Of a DNA stretch of 64,000 nt, positions 1-15,370 are shown piece after piece. How positions within the stretch are numbered: the stretch's first letter is position 1; each line of letters begins with the position of its first letter. The stretch covers positions 224,936,001 through 225,000,000 of the forward strand of contig OX597814.1 in assembly GCA_951406725.2 (NCBI GenBank). The letters run 5' to 3'. Under the pieces are notes generated by a model that was not told the origin of the DNA, did no database searches, and worked only from the letters and a program-made list of their open reading frames with translations. This stretch comes from Octopus vulgaris (taxonomy: Eukaryota). The position numbers and the translations under genes were made by a program.

Positions 1-147
1 TTTTCAAGTCTGATACTTATTCTATCGGTATCTTCCGACGAACAGCTAAGCTACAGGTACATAAACAAACCGACACCAGGTGAGAGACACAGAGACCCAC
101 GCGTACGCGTGTAGATACATGCTTACATACATAAATACATACATACA

Positions 148-221
<74 letters not shown>

Positions 222-251
222 AGCGATTTAGTTCGTTTGAAGCATTATCAC

Positions 252-464
252 ATCGAAGAACGTAAAAAGAGAGAAACTAGAAATCTTCTGACAATGCGGA
301 AAGTTTTATAAAACCTTTATATTTCAGGCGCAAAGGCCCATCCTTAGAAGAAAAACAGTCTGGGAAATGCCGAAGATGGGCCTTTGCGCCAGAAAGATAA
401 GGGTTTTATAAGACTTACCGCATTGCCAAAAGCTTTTTATTTCTCTCTTTTTACTTTCTTCGAT
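252..464. mobile_element. Fold-back element with degenerate minimal HHR in a (TA)n tract
   Basis: Inverted arms about 252-345 and 372-464. The arms read CTAAGGA or CCGAAGA, then tgggcctttgcgcc and GAAA. Confidence 0.6.
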
Positions 465-478
465 ATATATATATATAG

Positions 479-810
479 AGACCCCTTCGGGCATGACTGA
501 CCGTGGGATTGCACCTAGAAAGCTACCCTCCCAGGCACAAGCCCAGGCAAGGTTGTTTATGGAAGACCAACAGTTGCCCATGCATACCTGCCTCCCCTCT
601 CCACGCCACCAGTGTTATCCAAGGGAAAGACAAAAGCCAATTCAGATCGGCACCTGTGACGTCGCAACTCATTTCTACAGCTGAGTAAACTGGAGCAACG
701 TGAAATAAAGTGCCTGACTCAAGAACACAACAAGCAGCCCGGTCCGGGATTCGAACTCACAACTTCCCGATTGTAAGCTCGACACTCTAACCACTGAACC
801 ATTCGCCTTC
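479..810 (-). mobile_element. tRNA-headed SINE family A
   Basis: A/B boxes (tggttcagtgg, gttcgaatc) and a central gttcttgag..cactttatttcac domain. Three copies occur in the window. Confidence 0.9.
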
Positions 811-831
811 ATATATATATATATGTATATG

Positions 832-948
<117 letters not shown>

Positions 949-1576
949 GACAGTGTTCCAGACTGTTTCTGCTTACCAAACTCATTCACAGGGGAATGTA
1001 GATGACACTTGTGCAAGTTATCGCGAAATGGGACTGGACCCGAAGGAACGTTGCTTTAAAGCGAGCTTCACATCTACACAACTAAGCCTATGAGAATTGA
1101 AATGAAACGCCTCAACTAGGAATGAATTCAATCGGCATCGTTATCACGCTTTTTCAACGCCCTTCCGAATATTTTAAGTACTGTTATATTTTACTCAAAT
1201 CCTCTTATTGGTGAACGATTAAAAAAATGAAAGCAACATTTATATACAACTTTTTAAAATCGAACTAATACTAAGAGACATGTTATTTTTTCTCCATACG
1301 TCCTTGAACGTAAATCTTTAACCGTGTACAAACAAGTTTTAGCGCCCGCAATCAATTTTCCTACCGACTAAATTAGGACAGCTACTGTTACTTGAAAGTA
1401 TGCCAAGAAAAATTTATAACGACCAAATACTGAATAGATTAAAAAGATAAGCAAACAAAATATTACAGCTGTGCCACAGCTTGACCATATATGATCAATG
1501 CCAAAGCATAATGCGATTGAATGGCTGTAAATATGCACGTATATATGTAGTACAATATATATATATATATACATAC

Positions 1577-1667
<91 letters not shown>

Positions 1668-1668
1668 C

Positions 1669-1726
<58 letters not shown>

Positions 1727-3112
1727 ATGTATGTATGTATGTATGTATAGATAGATAGATAGATAGTTATAACTGATTTATATGCAGGACAGTGAGAAAA
1801 AGGTGTAGCTGTAGGGACAGATAAGAATCGTAAAGATACATAGAAGTAAAATATGAAAAATAACACCTCCACCAACAATAATAATATTAATGATCATTTA
1901 ATGGCTGAAATTTGTGGGTAGAAGATGAGTCGATCACATCGAGTACTTAATTTATCGATCTCGAAAGAGCGGAAGATAAAGTCGATCTCGGCAGAATATG
2001 AACTCAGAACGAATAATCATAATAATAATAACGACACAGGGTTGGCAATTTTGAGTGAATGATGTTACCCGTGACCCGCCGGCCTCAGTACTTGGCTGGT
2101 ACTTTATTTCTTTCTTCCCAAAGGATGACAGGCAATGTCGGCCTCGGTGAAATTTAAACTAAGTAACTTAAAGCGGAAAAACGTCGAGAAGCATTTTTAC
2201 TCTTTTTTACCTGACTGAATTCCTACACTAATTATAATCGTTTCCAGTTGTTTAGAATGTTGTCAAAACGAGGAGTGTTTTAGGTTCAAAGCTTTAATGG
2301 ATGAATGGGCTTTTAGATAAAAGGATTGTGAATAAGAAATATTTAGATAAAAAGTTTTAAAATAGGGTGTTAAAATAAGATGGTGTTACGTAGAAATGGT
2401 AGGAGACAACGAGGAGTACAGAGGACAAGAAGAAGTATGGGGAAAAGATTAAGAAAAAACTGGTGTGATGTTAAAGAAAGAAAGAAGGCAAAAAGCTGCT
2501 CTTAATCTGTATATACTGGATTAACAAACGTTATATAGAACGATAGCATTTGTAAAAGGAGAGTGCGGAAGCGAAAAAGAAGGTTTAAGTGTCTCCTGAG
2601 TCTGTGCGACAGAGGTTCTTGTGCGCTTATCATCCAATCGAAGCATCCTATGCTCGGATGCCTCCAGATACCGTGCGACGGAAGCTCCTATTTGCCTATC
2701 TATTCCTGCTCTATTCGGGAGACTCCTGAGCTCGCTACTGTGAGGGTCTTTCGACTCTGTCGCCCTCATGACATTCCTTACACACATGCGCACACACACA
2801 CTGTGATACACACACACACGCACGCTCACACACGCAGAGAAAGACAGACAGACAGACAAACACACACACACGCAAAATCACACTGCGTGAGCGATATACA
2901 TATGCAGAAAGTGGTAGAGAGGGGGACGTTTACAATGAGAATAAACAGCGTAAATAAACAGAGACAGACAGAAGAGTTCTTTCCTGTTGCTGTCATAAGT
3001 TTTGAAATTAAATGACAAATCTTCAAATTTGGTATATTAATGTAATTTTTTCACGTTGAATACAATTTTGAGATTTATTTATTCCAGGAAAATTTATGGA
3101 AAATGCTACGTA

Positions 3113-3328
3113 TTTACTCTTTTACTTCTTTCGGGCATTTGACTGTGGCCATGCTGGAGTACCGACTTTTAGTCAAGGAAATCGACCCCAGGACTTATTC
3201 TTTGTAAGCCTAGTACTTATTCTATCGGTATCTTTTGCCGAACTGCTAAGTTACGGGGACGTAAACACAACAGCATCGGTTGTCTAGCGATGTTGGGGGG
3301 ACAAACACAGACACACAAACATACATAC

Positions 3329-3378
<50 letters not shown>

Positions 3379-3541
3379 GACAGGCTTCTTTCAGTTCCCG
3401 TCTACCAAATCCACTCACAAGGCTTTTGTTGGCCCGAGGCTATAGTAGAAGACACTTGCCCAAGGCGCCACGCAGTGGGACTGAACCCGGAACCATGTGG
3501 TTAGTAAGCAAGCTACTTACTACACAGACACTCCTACGCCT
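3113..3541 (-). mobile_element. SINE family B (tRNA head, internal (TA)n)
   Basis: Head aggcg(t)aggagt..ggttcagtccc, CORE-like ccttgggcaagt and an internal microsatellite. More than 12 full or partial copies occur in the window. Confidence 0.9.
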
Positions 3542-3695
3542 ATTTGGGAACCATCATTTTCTGGGTAACAGCTGTCTATTATTACGACGACAAAGTTTTA
3601 AACAAAATGAAAGCAAAACATGGCGCCGAAAGCTATAGCAAGTTTTAATAAATTACTATTTTTAAATCTCACAACGAGAGATATTCAGCAACAGT

Positions 3696-3870
3696 ACTTT
3701 GGAATAAAGATTGTTTGCTAACATTACATGGCAGTCCTGGTTTAGGACGAATCCCCTGTTCGAAAATATAAGGACATAGATCGGATCGTACAACCAGCTG
3801 GACACTACAGCAACATTCGTCCTAAACCAGGACTGCCATGTTATGTTGGCAAACCATCTTTACTCCGAGT
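3696..3870. repeat. Inverted repeat (~56-bp arms)
   Basis: catggcagtcctggtttaggacgaat and attcgtcctaaaccaggactgccatg, plus imperfect flanks. Confidence 0.8.
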
Positions 3871-4589
3871 TTTAATAAATTTTAATGAATAAAGTCATGT
3901 GACCGGACGAACAGGCTTCTATATTATAATGGAGAAAGCTGCTAATTAATTAGGTATATAACAGTTACTAAAAATACTAAAAGAAAGGCTTCATAAATTC
4001 ATGTACCAAGAAATTTCCTATAATCTCGATTTCTGAACTCTTTATTGAATTTTTGAACTCCAATTTTTCGCAAATTTAGAAATCCGTTGCATTCACTGCA
4101 GAGTATTCTGTTTTCATTTACGCTGTCTCTCACTCTCTATTTCCATGTTTTCATTTCAAGTTTTTTCTGAATTTTTCTATTTGGAAAATCCAGTTTAATC
4201 GATATACGTAATGTGAAACAAAGGAGTTCAATCTCAAATTCCCTTTTTTTCCCTCTTCACCATTTTCTATCTGTCTTTTTCTCACTGTTCCTTTTTCTCC
4301 TTTACTCTCTCTCGTTGCTCACACGTGACTATCGTCCATTTTTCGTTTCCTCATGCGATCATTTTTCTTTTCTTTCAGGGCTGTTCTAAATACTGGACGT
4401 ATCCTATCCCTCCCTTCTATCTATTCTCTTGTCAAAGAAAACATTTCTCCAGTGTTCGCTATTTCCCCTCGTTTTGGTCTGACGACCCTCCATGTTTGTT
4501 TTCTTTCGGTTTCCTTGTATGTCTCCACTGTCATGTTTTTGTTCCCAACGTTGACCCTCCATAAATCCCAAATTTTATTTTGGTACTTA

Positions 4590-5494
4590 TGGGAGATTTG
4601 CATATCCATATTTCGTTATACGGTTAATTACATCGTTCTTCGCTTGGACCTACGCACGTTTTGGCTGCAAGTCGTTGCACTGTTAAGTGTGCATCTTGGT
4701 GCTAATTGTTGGTGCAGCTTCTTTAGGGTTTAAGATGTGTTTATGTGTCTAAATATACTTTTAAGAAGTTTAAGTAAATACATTACACTAATTACAAGAA
4801 TTAGAATTAAGTATATTGCAAAAACAAATAAACCTGATTAAGTGAAAACCTCTATAAATAAAATTACATTAATTTTTTAAAAAGAGTTGATGAGTAAGTT
4901 TATATTTAATAATATTAAAGATAAGCAGGATATTTAATTAAATACAATGTAACAATAAAATCACAAACCTATAATTAGAAAAAAAAAATAACGGTGGTGC
5001 GACAGCATGGCCGCAGCTCTGAGCTGAAACTAAAAAAGAAAAGAAACGATGCCAAAAATGTAATTGAATACCTCGAAAGAAAACATGAGAATTCTCTTCT
5101 AAATTAGTACACTGGTAAGCTAGAAAATAATACTAAGGAAGCCAAAAGAAACCTTGACCTACTTTTAAGACCAAACTCAGTAATAAATACTTAACTGAGG
5201 GAGGTAATCTTCAGGTCACGAGGAAATACGACTATTTATAGTAACACCAACTGCTCATAATGGACTACCATTTGGTCAATCTCATAGTTTCCTTCAGATG
5301 ATCTTCAAACAGCAGTAAAAAACGGACCCTGAAGAAGCTGCACCGACAATTAGCACCAAGATGCACACTTAGCAGGGTGCAGCGATTTGCAGCCTAAACG
5401 TGTGTAAGTCCAAGCGAAGAACGATGTAAATAACTGTATTATAAAATATGTATGTGCAAATCTCCGTTCTCCTGATCTTCATTAATGCCATTAC

Positions 5495-5567
<73 letters not shown>

Positions 5568-5596
5568 ATATATATATATATATATACATATATTTA

Positions 5597-5638
<42 letters not shown>

Positions 5639-5749
5639 TTATATTTATATATATATATATATATATGAAACGACATTAAAGAAGATCAGGAGAACGGAGA
5701 TTTGCACATACATATTTTATAATACATTTATTTACATCGTTCTTCGCTT
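4590..5749. mobile_element. Three alternately oriented copies of an HHR-bearing PLE-type repeat
   Basis: Copies at 4590-4730 (-), 5324-5490 (+) and 5672-5749 (-, partial). Motif at 5324-5411: ggacc-CTGAAGA-agctgca...tgcagcc-(t)AAA-cgtgtg-TA-agtcc. Confidence 0.65.
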
Positions 5750-5783
5750 TGATCTCTCTCTATATATATACACACACACACAC

Positions 5784-7562
<1,779 letters not shown>

Positions 7563-7566
<4 letters not shown>

Positions 7567-7965
7567 CATAAATGAGGGCAAAGGAAAAAATTTCTAATGC
7601 CAAATATGCCGAAAAATTGGACATATTGTCCATTAACCATATATTTTTACCATGTATCACTGACGAAGAGAGGGCTGTTATAAGCTAACCCTGAAATCGG
7701 TCCGATATGGTAATAATGGAATTTTTTAGAAATTTCTGTCGACCTTTTTTCGAGTAGCGTGCGTATTGTGAAAAAAATTATATGGTTAATGGACAATATG
7801 TCCAATTTTTTGGCATATTTGGCATTAGAAATTTTTTCCTTTGCCCTCATTTATGAATTGTTTATAAATTTAACCTTTAAAGGTATTTTATAATATGCTG
7901 GCCATTGATAAAATTCTTTTTCGAGAAAATATATGTTTTTTCGAAAATAATTTTATCCTCACATT

Positions 7966-7966
<1 letters not shown>
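7563..7966 (+). mobile_element. Fold-back element with an HHR in the loop
   Basis: Inverted arms of about 86 bp (7563-7648 and 7772-7859). Motif taccatgtatca-CTGACGA(7660-66)...GAAA(7693-96)-tcgg-TC-cgatatggta. A related partial copy lies near 27700-27830. Confidence 0.78.
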
Positions 7967-8011
<45 letters not shown>

Positions 8012-8013
<2 letters not shown>

Positions 8014-9009
8014 CATATTTAAATCTCAGAATGAGATTGAAACAGTAATCGCTCGATAATGTAAAGTATAGAAGCCATCTTATCATGGCTAACCACATTA
8101 GGGAGGGGGTGTTACTGTAGCTTTATAGCCCAAGAGATCGTCGTCTCTAGCTGGCTTTAGACACAATATCAGTGCTCTTGGAGTATTTGCAAAGGGAGGC
8201 CATCCCTTCCTCGCAAGCCTGAGTGATACGCTCGAACTAGTTTTCGACATCAGTGGCAGACGCCACTTTTATATATTTGCAAAGCAGCCTTCACTTTCAT
8301 CACGACCTGGTGGGCGGACGAGGGGCAAAAATCCCGAAACTAGTTTCGGGATTTTTGCCCCTCGTCAACGGGCGGTAACCACCAGGTCGTGATGAAAGTG
8401 AAGGCTGCTTTGCAAATATATATAAGTTTTTCTAGTGACGTCTGCCACTGATGTCGAAAAACTAATCCCGAAACTAGTTCGAGCGTATCACTCAGGCTTG
8501 CGAGGAAGGGATGGCCTCCCTTTGCAAATACTCCAAGAGCATTGATATTGTGTCTAAAGCCAGCTAGAGACGACGATCTCTTTGGGCTATAAAGCTACAG
8601 TAACACCCCCTCCCCAATGTGGTTAGCCATGATAAGATGGCTTCTATACTTTACATTATCGAGGGATTACTGTTTCAATCTCATGCTGAGATTTAATTAT
8701 GCTTACTGTTAGTTTTTCGACATCAGTGGCAGACGCCATAGAAAAACTTATATCTATTTGCAAAGGAGCCTTCACTTTCATCGCTACCTGGTGGTTACCA
8801 CCCGTTGACGAGGGACAACAATTCCGAAACTAGTTCGAGCGTATCACTCAGGCTTGCGAGGAAGGGATGGCCTCCCTTTGCAAATACTCCAAGGGCACTG
8901 ATATTGTGTCTAAAGCCAGCTAGAGACGACGATTTCTTGGGGCTATAAAGCTACAGTAACACCCCTCCCCAATGTGGTTAGCCATGATAAGATGGCTTCT
9001 ATACTTTAC

Positions 9010-9012
<3 letters not shown>
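8012..9012. mobile_element. Palindromic/tandem array of a 356-nt HHR-delimited unit
   Basis: Palindrome 8012-8703 centred on GAAACTAGTTTC (8336-8347). Direct repeat with GAAAC at 8470 and 8826. HHR at 8799-8841: cccg-TTGACGA-gggacaacaattcc-GAAA-ctag-TT-cgagcg. Confidence 0.8.
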
Positions 9013-9081
<69 letters not shown>

Positions 9082-9082
<1 letters not shown>

Positions 9083-10375
9083 GAGGGGCGTTCAATAAGT
9101 AATGCCCCTGACCCACTTCCCATAGCAGTAGAGCAACGAAACTTGGCACAGTTATTAGTCTTTTTCTACATAGGAACCACCCAGAGTTACGCATTTCTCC
9201 CATCGTTTGATGCGGTTCTGGAGACCGTTTTTGTAGAAGAACCCAGCTTGGTCCTCCAACCTCAACGTGACTTCAGAAATCAAGGCTGCATCATCTGGGA
9301 AACGCTTTCCTTTCAAAAACAATTTCATGATTGGGAAGAGGTGAAAATCAGAGGGTGCAAGGTCAGGAAAGTAGGGGGATGGGGAGGAGTTCATAGCCAT
9401 ACGCCTGTGCTTCTGATCTGGCGACAAGCGAGTTGTGGACCGGAGCGTTGTCCTGCAGGAGGAGGATGCCTTTGCTGATCTTGCCCCGCCTCTTGATTTT
9501 GATAACTTCTCTTAATTTCCTCCAAAGTTAAGCATAATAGGCTCCTGCAATTGTGGTACCCTTTGCCAGGAAATCTGTCATCACTACTCCGTCCTGGTCC
9601 CAGAAGACTGTGAGCATGACCTTGCCAGCGGAGGGCTGCACCCTTGCCTTCTTTGGAGGGGGTGAGTCACGGTGCTTCCACTGCATTGACTGGGCTTTGG
9701 TCTCTGGATCATCGTGATGGACCCAGGTTTCATCCTGTGTAATCAGTGTTTTGAAAAATTTTGACTCATCTTCTTGGCACATCTCCAAATTCAACCTCGA
9801 GCACTCGACGCGTTCTTGCTTCTGGAAAGGCGTGAGCAACCTGGGAATCCATCTGGCAGACACCTTTTGCATATGCAAATGGTCATGAATGATGATAGTT
9901 TCCACAGACCCGGTACTAATCTTGACCTCATGGGCTATTTGGCGAATAATTATGCGTCGATCTTCCAAAATGGCAGCCTCAACTTGACGGACAGATGCCT
10001 TTTCAATGGCAGAAGGGGGCGACCAGATCTGGGAGCTGTTTCCACAGAGTTCCGACCATGTTTGAATTCACGATGCCAGCGTTTTACAAGGTCATATGAT
10101 GGGGCATCATCACCATAAGTTACTTTCATTTCATCAAAAGTCTCTCGTGGTGTGCGTCCTTTCAAATACAAAAACCGGATCACTGCTCGACACTCAACAT
10201 GCTCCATTTCACACTTGACTCAGTTCAAACACCTGTAAATCGGAAACCACAATTAATTCAGAGCTGTAATTTGCCACTTACTCTATAGAGATATAAATGA
10301 TTGCACATGCAAAAATTTCAGCTAGATCAAACAACTGCAAGTGGGTCAGAGGCATTACTTATTGAACGTCCCTCG
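9082..10375 (-). mobile_element. Full-length mariner (DD34D, irritans-like) with frameshifted transposase
   Basis: 37-bp TIRs with 2 mismatches and TA flanks. Motifs WIPRLL, TQDETWVHH, GKVMLTVFWD, PYFPDLAPSDF and RWEKC..GSYVEK. Confidence 0.95.
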
Positions 10376-10404
10376 TATATATATATATATATATATGGAG
10401 AGAG

Positions 10405-10450
<46 letters not shown>

Positions 10451-10489
10451 TGAGATAGATAGACAGATTATTAGACAGATATCTCTTTT

Positions 10490-10895
10490 ATCTCTTCTCC
10501 TTGTTACAATCATTTGATTGCGACCATGCCGGAGCACCGCCTTGAATTGTTAGACTAATGAATCGACCCCAGTTCTTAATTTTTTAAAAATTTATTCTAA
10601 TTTTTTAGAGGTGGCACTTATTCTATCTGTCTCTTTGTCCAACCGCCAAGTTACGGGGACAAAAACACACCGAAACTGGTTGTCATGCGGTGGTGGGGGG
10701 AAAAAAGCTCGCACGCGCGCACGCACACAGATAGATATACGTAAGGCCTCTTTCTGTTTCTGTCTACTAAATCCATTTACAGGTCTTTAGTCAGCCCTAG
10801 ACCATATAGAACACACTTGCCGAAGGTTCCGTGCAATGGGACTGAACCCGGAACCATATGCTTCGGCGCAAACTTCTTACCACACAGTCAAGCCT
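10490..10895 (-). mobile_element. SINE family B (diverged)
   Basis: Collinear with 3113-3541. Confidence 0.8.
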
Positions 10896-11424
10896 TCGAT
10901 AAGATAGTTAAAATATTTTGGATATTTCAGTACGCACGTTTCAACAGCCAATCAATCACGAACCACATTCGTCAAATGGAAACATCGATATTTTCCATCT
11001 GATGATTATGGCTTGCGAGTCATTGATTATTGAGAGGTGCATGACGAAGTATTTGTTGTTATGAATAACTTGTTTTCTTTTCATTTCAACTGTATGTCGC
11101 ACGACGTTATATAACGCGGATCCGGACTTATCCTACATTAAAGAATGCTTTATAGGGAGTTTAACAGGGATGGCAAAATCGATCCCTAATTCGCATGATA
11201 GCTTTTGCTCGTGCATTTTGGCACATCAGTAAGTGCATACATTCAAGCATCCATCCATCCATCCATCCATCCATCCATCCATCCATCCATCCATCCATCC
11301 ATCCATCCATCCATCCATCCATCCATACATACATACATGCATACATACATACATACATACATACACACACATATATGTATACATAATACATTCATACTTT
11401 AAATAAATATTTGTGTGTCTCCTT

Positions 11425-11756
11425 CTCTTTTACTCTTTTAGTTGTTTCAGTCAGTTGACTGCGGCCATGCTTGAGCACCGCCTTTAGTCGAGCAACTCGA
11501 CACCAGGACTTACTCTTTGTAAGCCCAGTACTTATTCTATCGGTCTCTTTTGCCGAACCGCTAAGTGACGGGGCCATAAACACACCAGCATCGGTTGTCA
11601 AGCAATGCTAGGGGGACAAACACAGACACACAAACACACACGCACACACATATATATATACATATATACGACGGGCTTCTTTCAGTTTCCGTCTACCAAA
11701 TCCACTCACAAGGCTTTGGTCGGCCCGAGGCTATAGCAGAAGACACTTGCCCAAAG
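11425..11756 (-). mobile_element. SINE family B (5'-truncated)
   Basis: Collinear with 3113-3541. Confidence 0.88.
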
Positions 11757-11806
11757 TAGGACATATGTATATAAAATACTTTAAATATACTTTAAATATA
11801 TATATT

Positions 11807-11865
<59 letters not shown>

Positions 11866-12653
11866 TTTAAATATTAACATTGCCGTTGTGGAACATTGAT
11901 AATGCATTCTATTTATATGAATCGCGAACAAAAAAAAAAAGAAGCAAAAAATCAATAAGAAATGTAGATAAAGAAAACAAAAGCTGTGTTGTTTTTCTTT
12001 CAGACAATCTCTGTTTGTACTTTCACTATATTTCCTTCTTCACTTATATTCTGATTTATTTTATTTCGTCTTATGTTATGTTATTTAATTTTCACTTCCA
12101 GAATTCTATGAATAAATACCAAACCTCAGAATGTCAGTATATTTCTAAACTGGCGAAGCATTTTTTTTTTCTGAAAGCAGAATTAACATGAAATTCCATT
12201 TATATAAATAATCACGATGTTGGGGTTTGTTATACTTTTATGTAAGCCATATTCAGCTGTGGTTTATATCACTTCTCGTCGTAGCAGTGTTGCTAAATAA
12301 ATTGCATTCCTCTCTCTTCGCTCCGCGATCTTTACTCAATCCCCTCTCTATTTATTTAATTTTATTTCTTTATTTATTTTCGGTCTTCTATTAAAGGACT
12401 AAAGCGGTGAGGTTGGAGTACTCTGTTTATTTCTCTGTCAGCTGTTAGCACCATGTTTTATACGTTGTACAAAATCCTAAATAGTGCTTAATAATAAACT
12501 GGAGAGATTTCTCTTCTTGTAAGGATACATACATTTATAGTTACTGCTGATCGAATTATAAATTAATTTTAACCATGTTTAGCATTACTCATTATTACTT
12601 CTTTCCAGTCCTTTCATTTCTGAGGGGTGGAAGAACGAGGCTGATACACACAC

Positions 12654-12718
<65 letters not shown>

Positions 12719-12727
12719 TAGATATAG

Positions 12728-14883
12728 ATTCATTCATTCATTCATTCATTCGGTTATCATTGTGCCTTGTAGCACTTGAGGCGACAGCAAGATCATTCCA
12801 CCTTCCAACACTGAAAGCGTCCTTAACAGCTTGTTCCATTGTCAAACCTCTGTTTTTAAGATCTGTTGTTATTGTTTTCCGTTACGTTTCTTTTGGTTGG
12901 CCACATCTTCTTTTACCTTGTGGAACCCACTGCAAAGCAATCCTGACAACTGAGTTCGGTTTATAGCAACAAACTCGACCCAACCGTTTCCATCTCCTTG
13001 CTTCAATAGTTTCCCTTATCAGTTTCACGTTAGCCTTGGTGTTTAGTTGGCTAGTCGAGATCATATTTGGCCAGTAGACTTCCAAAATTTTTCGTAAACC
13101 TCTATTTTGAAATACCTCCAATTTCTTTTCGATACTTTTGGTTGTTTTCCAACATTCAGATCCATAGAGGAGGATGTTAAGTAATATTGCGTTTGTAAAA
13201 TCGTTTACAATCTATTTCTTTACTACCCTCAAGGGGCTAAACACAGAGGGGGCAAACAAGAACAGACAAACGGACTAAGTCGATTACATCGACCCCAGTG
13301 CGTAATTGGTACTTAATTTATCGACCCCGAAATGATGAAAGGCAAAGTCGACCTCGGCGGAATTTGAACTCAGAACGTAACGGCAGACGAAATAAGCATT
13401 TCGCCCGGCGTGCTAACGTTTCTGCCAGCTCGCCGCCTTACAATCGTTTACAATCGTTTAGGTGCTCTTGCTGAGTAGTGATGATTTCCATATTCAGTTT
13501 AACAAACAGAATGTTTGCTACTTCTTGTATTTATTTCATGAATGCAGTCTCCATCTATAGTTTATTTTGGTGTCTCGGTAGTTAAATTCGTCAATATTAA
13601 CGATGGGTTTGTCGTTCAAAGTCACATGGTAAGCATCTGTCATATTTTTACAAAGACTGTACGTTTTCTTCTCGTTTCTTTTGAAACCTATGGTGTTGAC
13701 TATTTGGCTACATCTTTCAGATTTATCTTATAACTGTTGAGGCGTGTATGAGAACAAACAAATGTCGTCTGCACAATCTAAATCTTCTGGGTGAGTTGAG
13801 TTCCATTCTATACCTTGTTTATATATTCTTCTGTCGTTCTTTGCATCAACCAATTCACTGTCAATGAAAATAAGATTGGTGATAACACGCATCCTTGTTT
13901 TACTCCGGTTTTGATTTTGAATGGATCTGTCAGTCCGTTGTTGTGTATAACTTGACATTCGAAGTTTTCGTACCATAAGCGAATCATCTTGACTAATTTG
14001 TGTGGAAAACCATAGTGTCTGAGAATTTTCCAAAGTGTCACTCAGAGAAGGCTATTGAAAGCTTTTTCAAAGTCAACAAGCAGCATGCACAAAGATGAGT
14101 TCCATTCATGAGATTGTTCGAGTATTTGGTGAATTACAAAAATATTGTCGATACATGATTTTCCTTTCCTGAATCCAACTTGTTCATGGCGAAGTAATTG
14201 GTCTACGGCTGCTGTGATGCGCTGCATAATATGATATGAGTGAATATTTTACTGGTGATTCATAATCAACCAAACATATAGAAAAGTATATGATGGAATA
14301 TAAGAATGAGGATAAGGCAGTAAAGAAATCTGTGCGGAATGACAAACGTAGAAACAAACCAATTAGCTGAAGAAGCTGAATTTGTCAAACGTATAAATTT
14401 AAGATCACTGAATGAAAAGACTGCGTAGTGGAGACCAAGGAAGATACTATGATCTACCTGTACAAGGTGCAGATGGAATAAAAATAATTGATGAAAAAGC
14501 CAAGCTAGAACGATGGAAGAACCACTTCCAAACTATCCTTAATCGCCCAAGACCCATAATCTCTACCGAAATAAAAGAAGCAGATAAGGACTTGGAAATA
14601 AAAACTGGAGAGATGGAGAGATCAGGGTAAACGAAGCCGTAAAAGCTTTTCGCAAATTAAAAAATGACAAATCATCAGGATTAGATGGAGTTTGTGCTTA
14701 AAGCAGAAATCAAAACATTACCAATTATTTTCCCTACAAAATTTACAAGATATCAGAATCAATGAGGAAATACTGAACAGTTGGAAAAAAAGGACTCGTG
14801 AAATTACCAAAGAAAGCTGATGCATCAAACTATAATAACTGAAGAGGAATAACTCTATTATCAGTCACCAGTAAAATACTCAC
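12728..14883 (-). mobile_element. RTE-clade LINE with 5' inversion
   Basis: Minus 14258-12755 encodes EQVGFRKGKSC, VDFEKAF, GVKQGCVLSPILF and DLDCADD, with a (GAAT)n tail. Plus 14270-14883 encodes the upstream part (ERWKNHFQTILN...RGITLLSVTSKI). A SINE interrupts it at 13213-13439. Confidence 0.88.
13213..13439 (-). mobile_element. SINE family C (Nin/Deu-like domain) inserted in the RTE
   Basis: gcctttcatc(a)tttcggggtcgataaattaagtacc domain and TSD aatcgtttacaatc. Confidence 0.9.
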
Positions 14884-14900
14884 AAACACACATATATAAA

Positions 14901-14936
<36 letters not shown>

Positions 14937-15370
14937 TAATGTTTGTTGTCACTTCAAACTGGCTTTTCCGTTCGAAGGATAGCAATAGCCCGAAACGAGG
15001 CTGATCTGCTGATCGCATAGCTAGGTGGTAGTGGTTCGATCCCCTTCTCGCATGCATCGTTAACCAGCTAGAGGAAATGTCCTAAAGTAAACACGGATCT
15101 ATATTCCAGTTGTGTGTACAATCGCAAATGGCCGCCGACTGAATATACAACGAATCTCAAGGCTGCATATGCGTACAAACACTACACCGATTGTACTGCA
15201 CTCAATAGACTCCAAATCGACGCGAATCGCAGGCTCCAAGTAAGGTGAAAAATAAACAAATAATAACATGTAGAGTGTAGTTCACTCACTACAGCTGTTT
15301 CAGACATGTTCTTTTATTGATGAATAGAATTATTACATTATGCGGCCATGGTATATATATATGTATATAT

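Noticed and set aside
2730-2780. Minus-strand HHR-like motif (ATGAGG..gac aga gtc GAAA)
   Set aside because: The core is too degenerate to support.
15284-15305. Minus-strand GAAA-cagctg-TA half-hammerhead
   Set aside because: The CUGANGA half is missing. It may be a truncated pLTR but was not counted.
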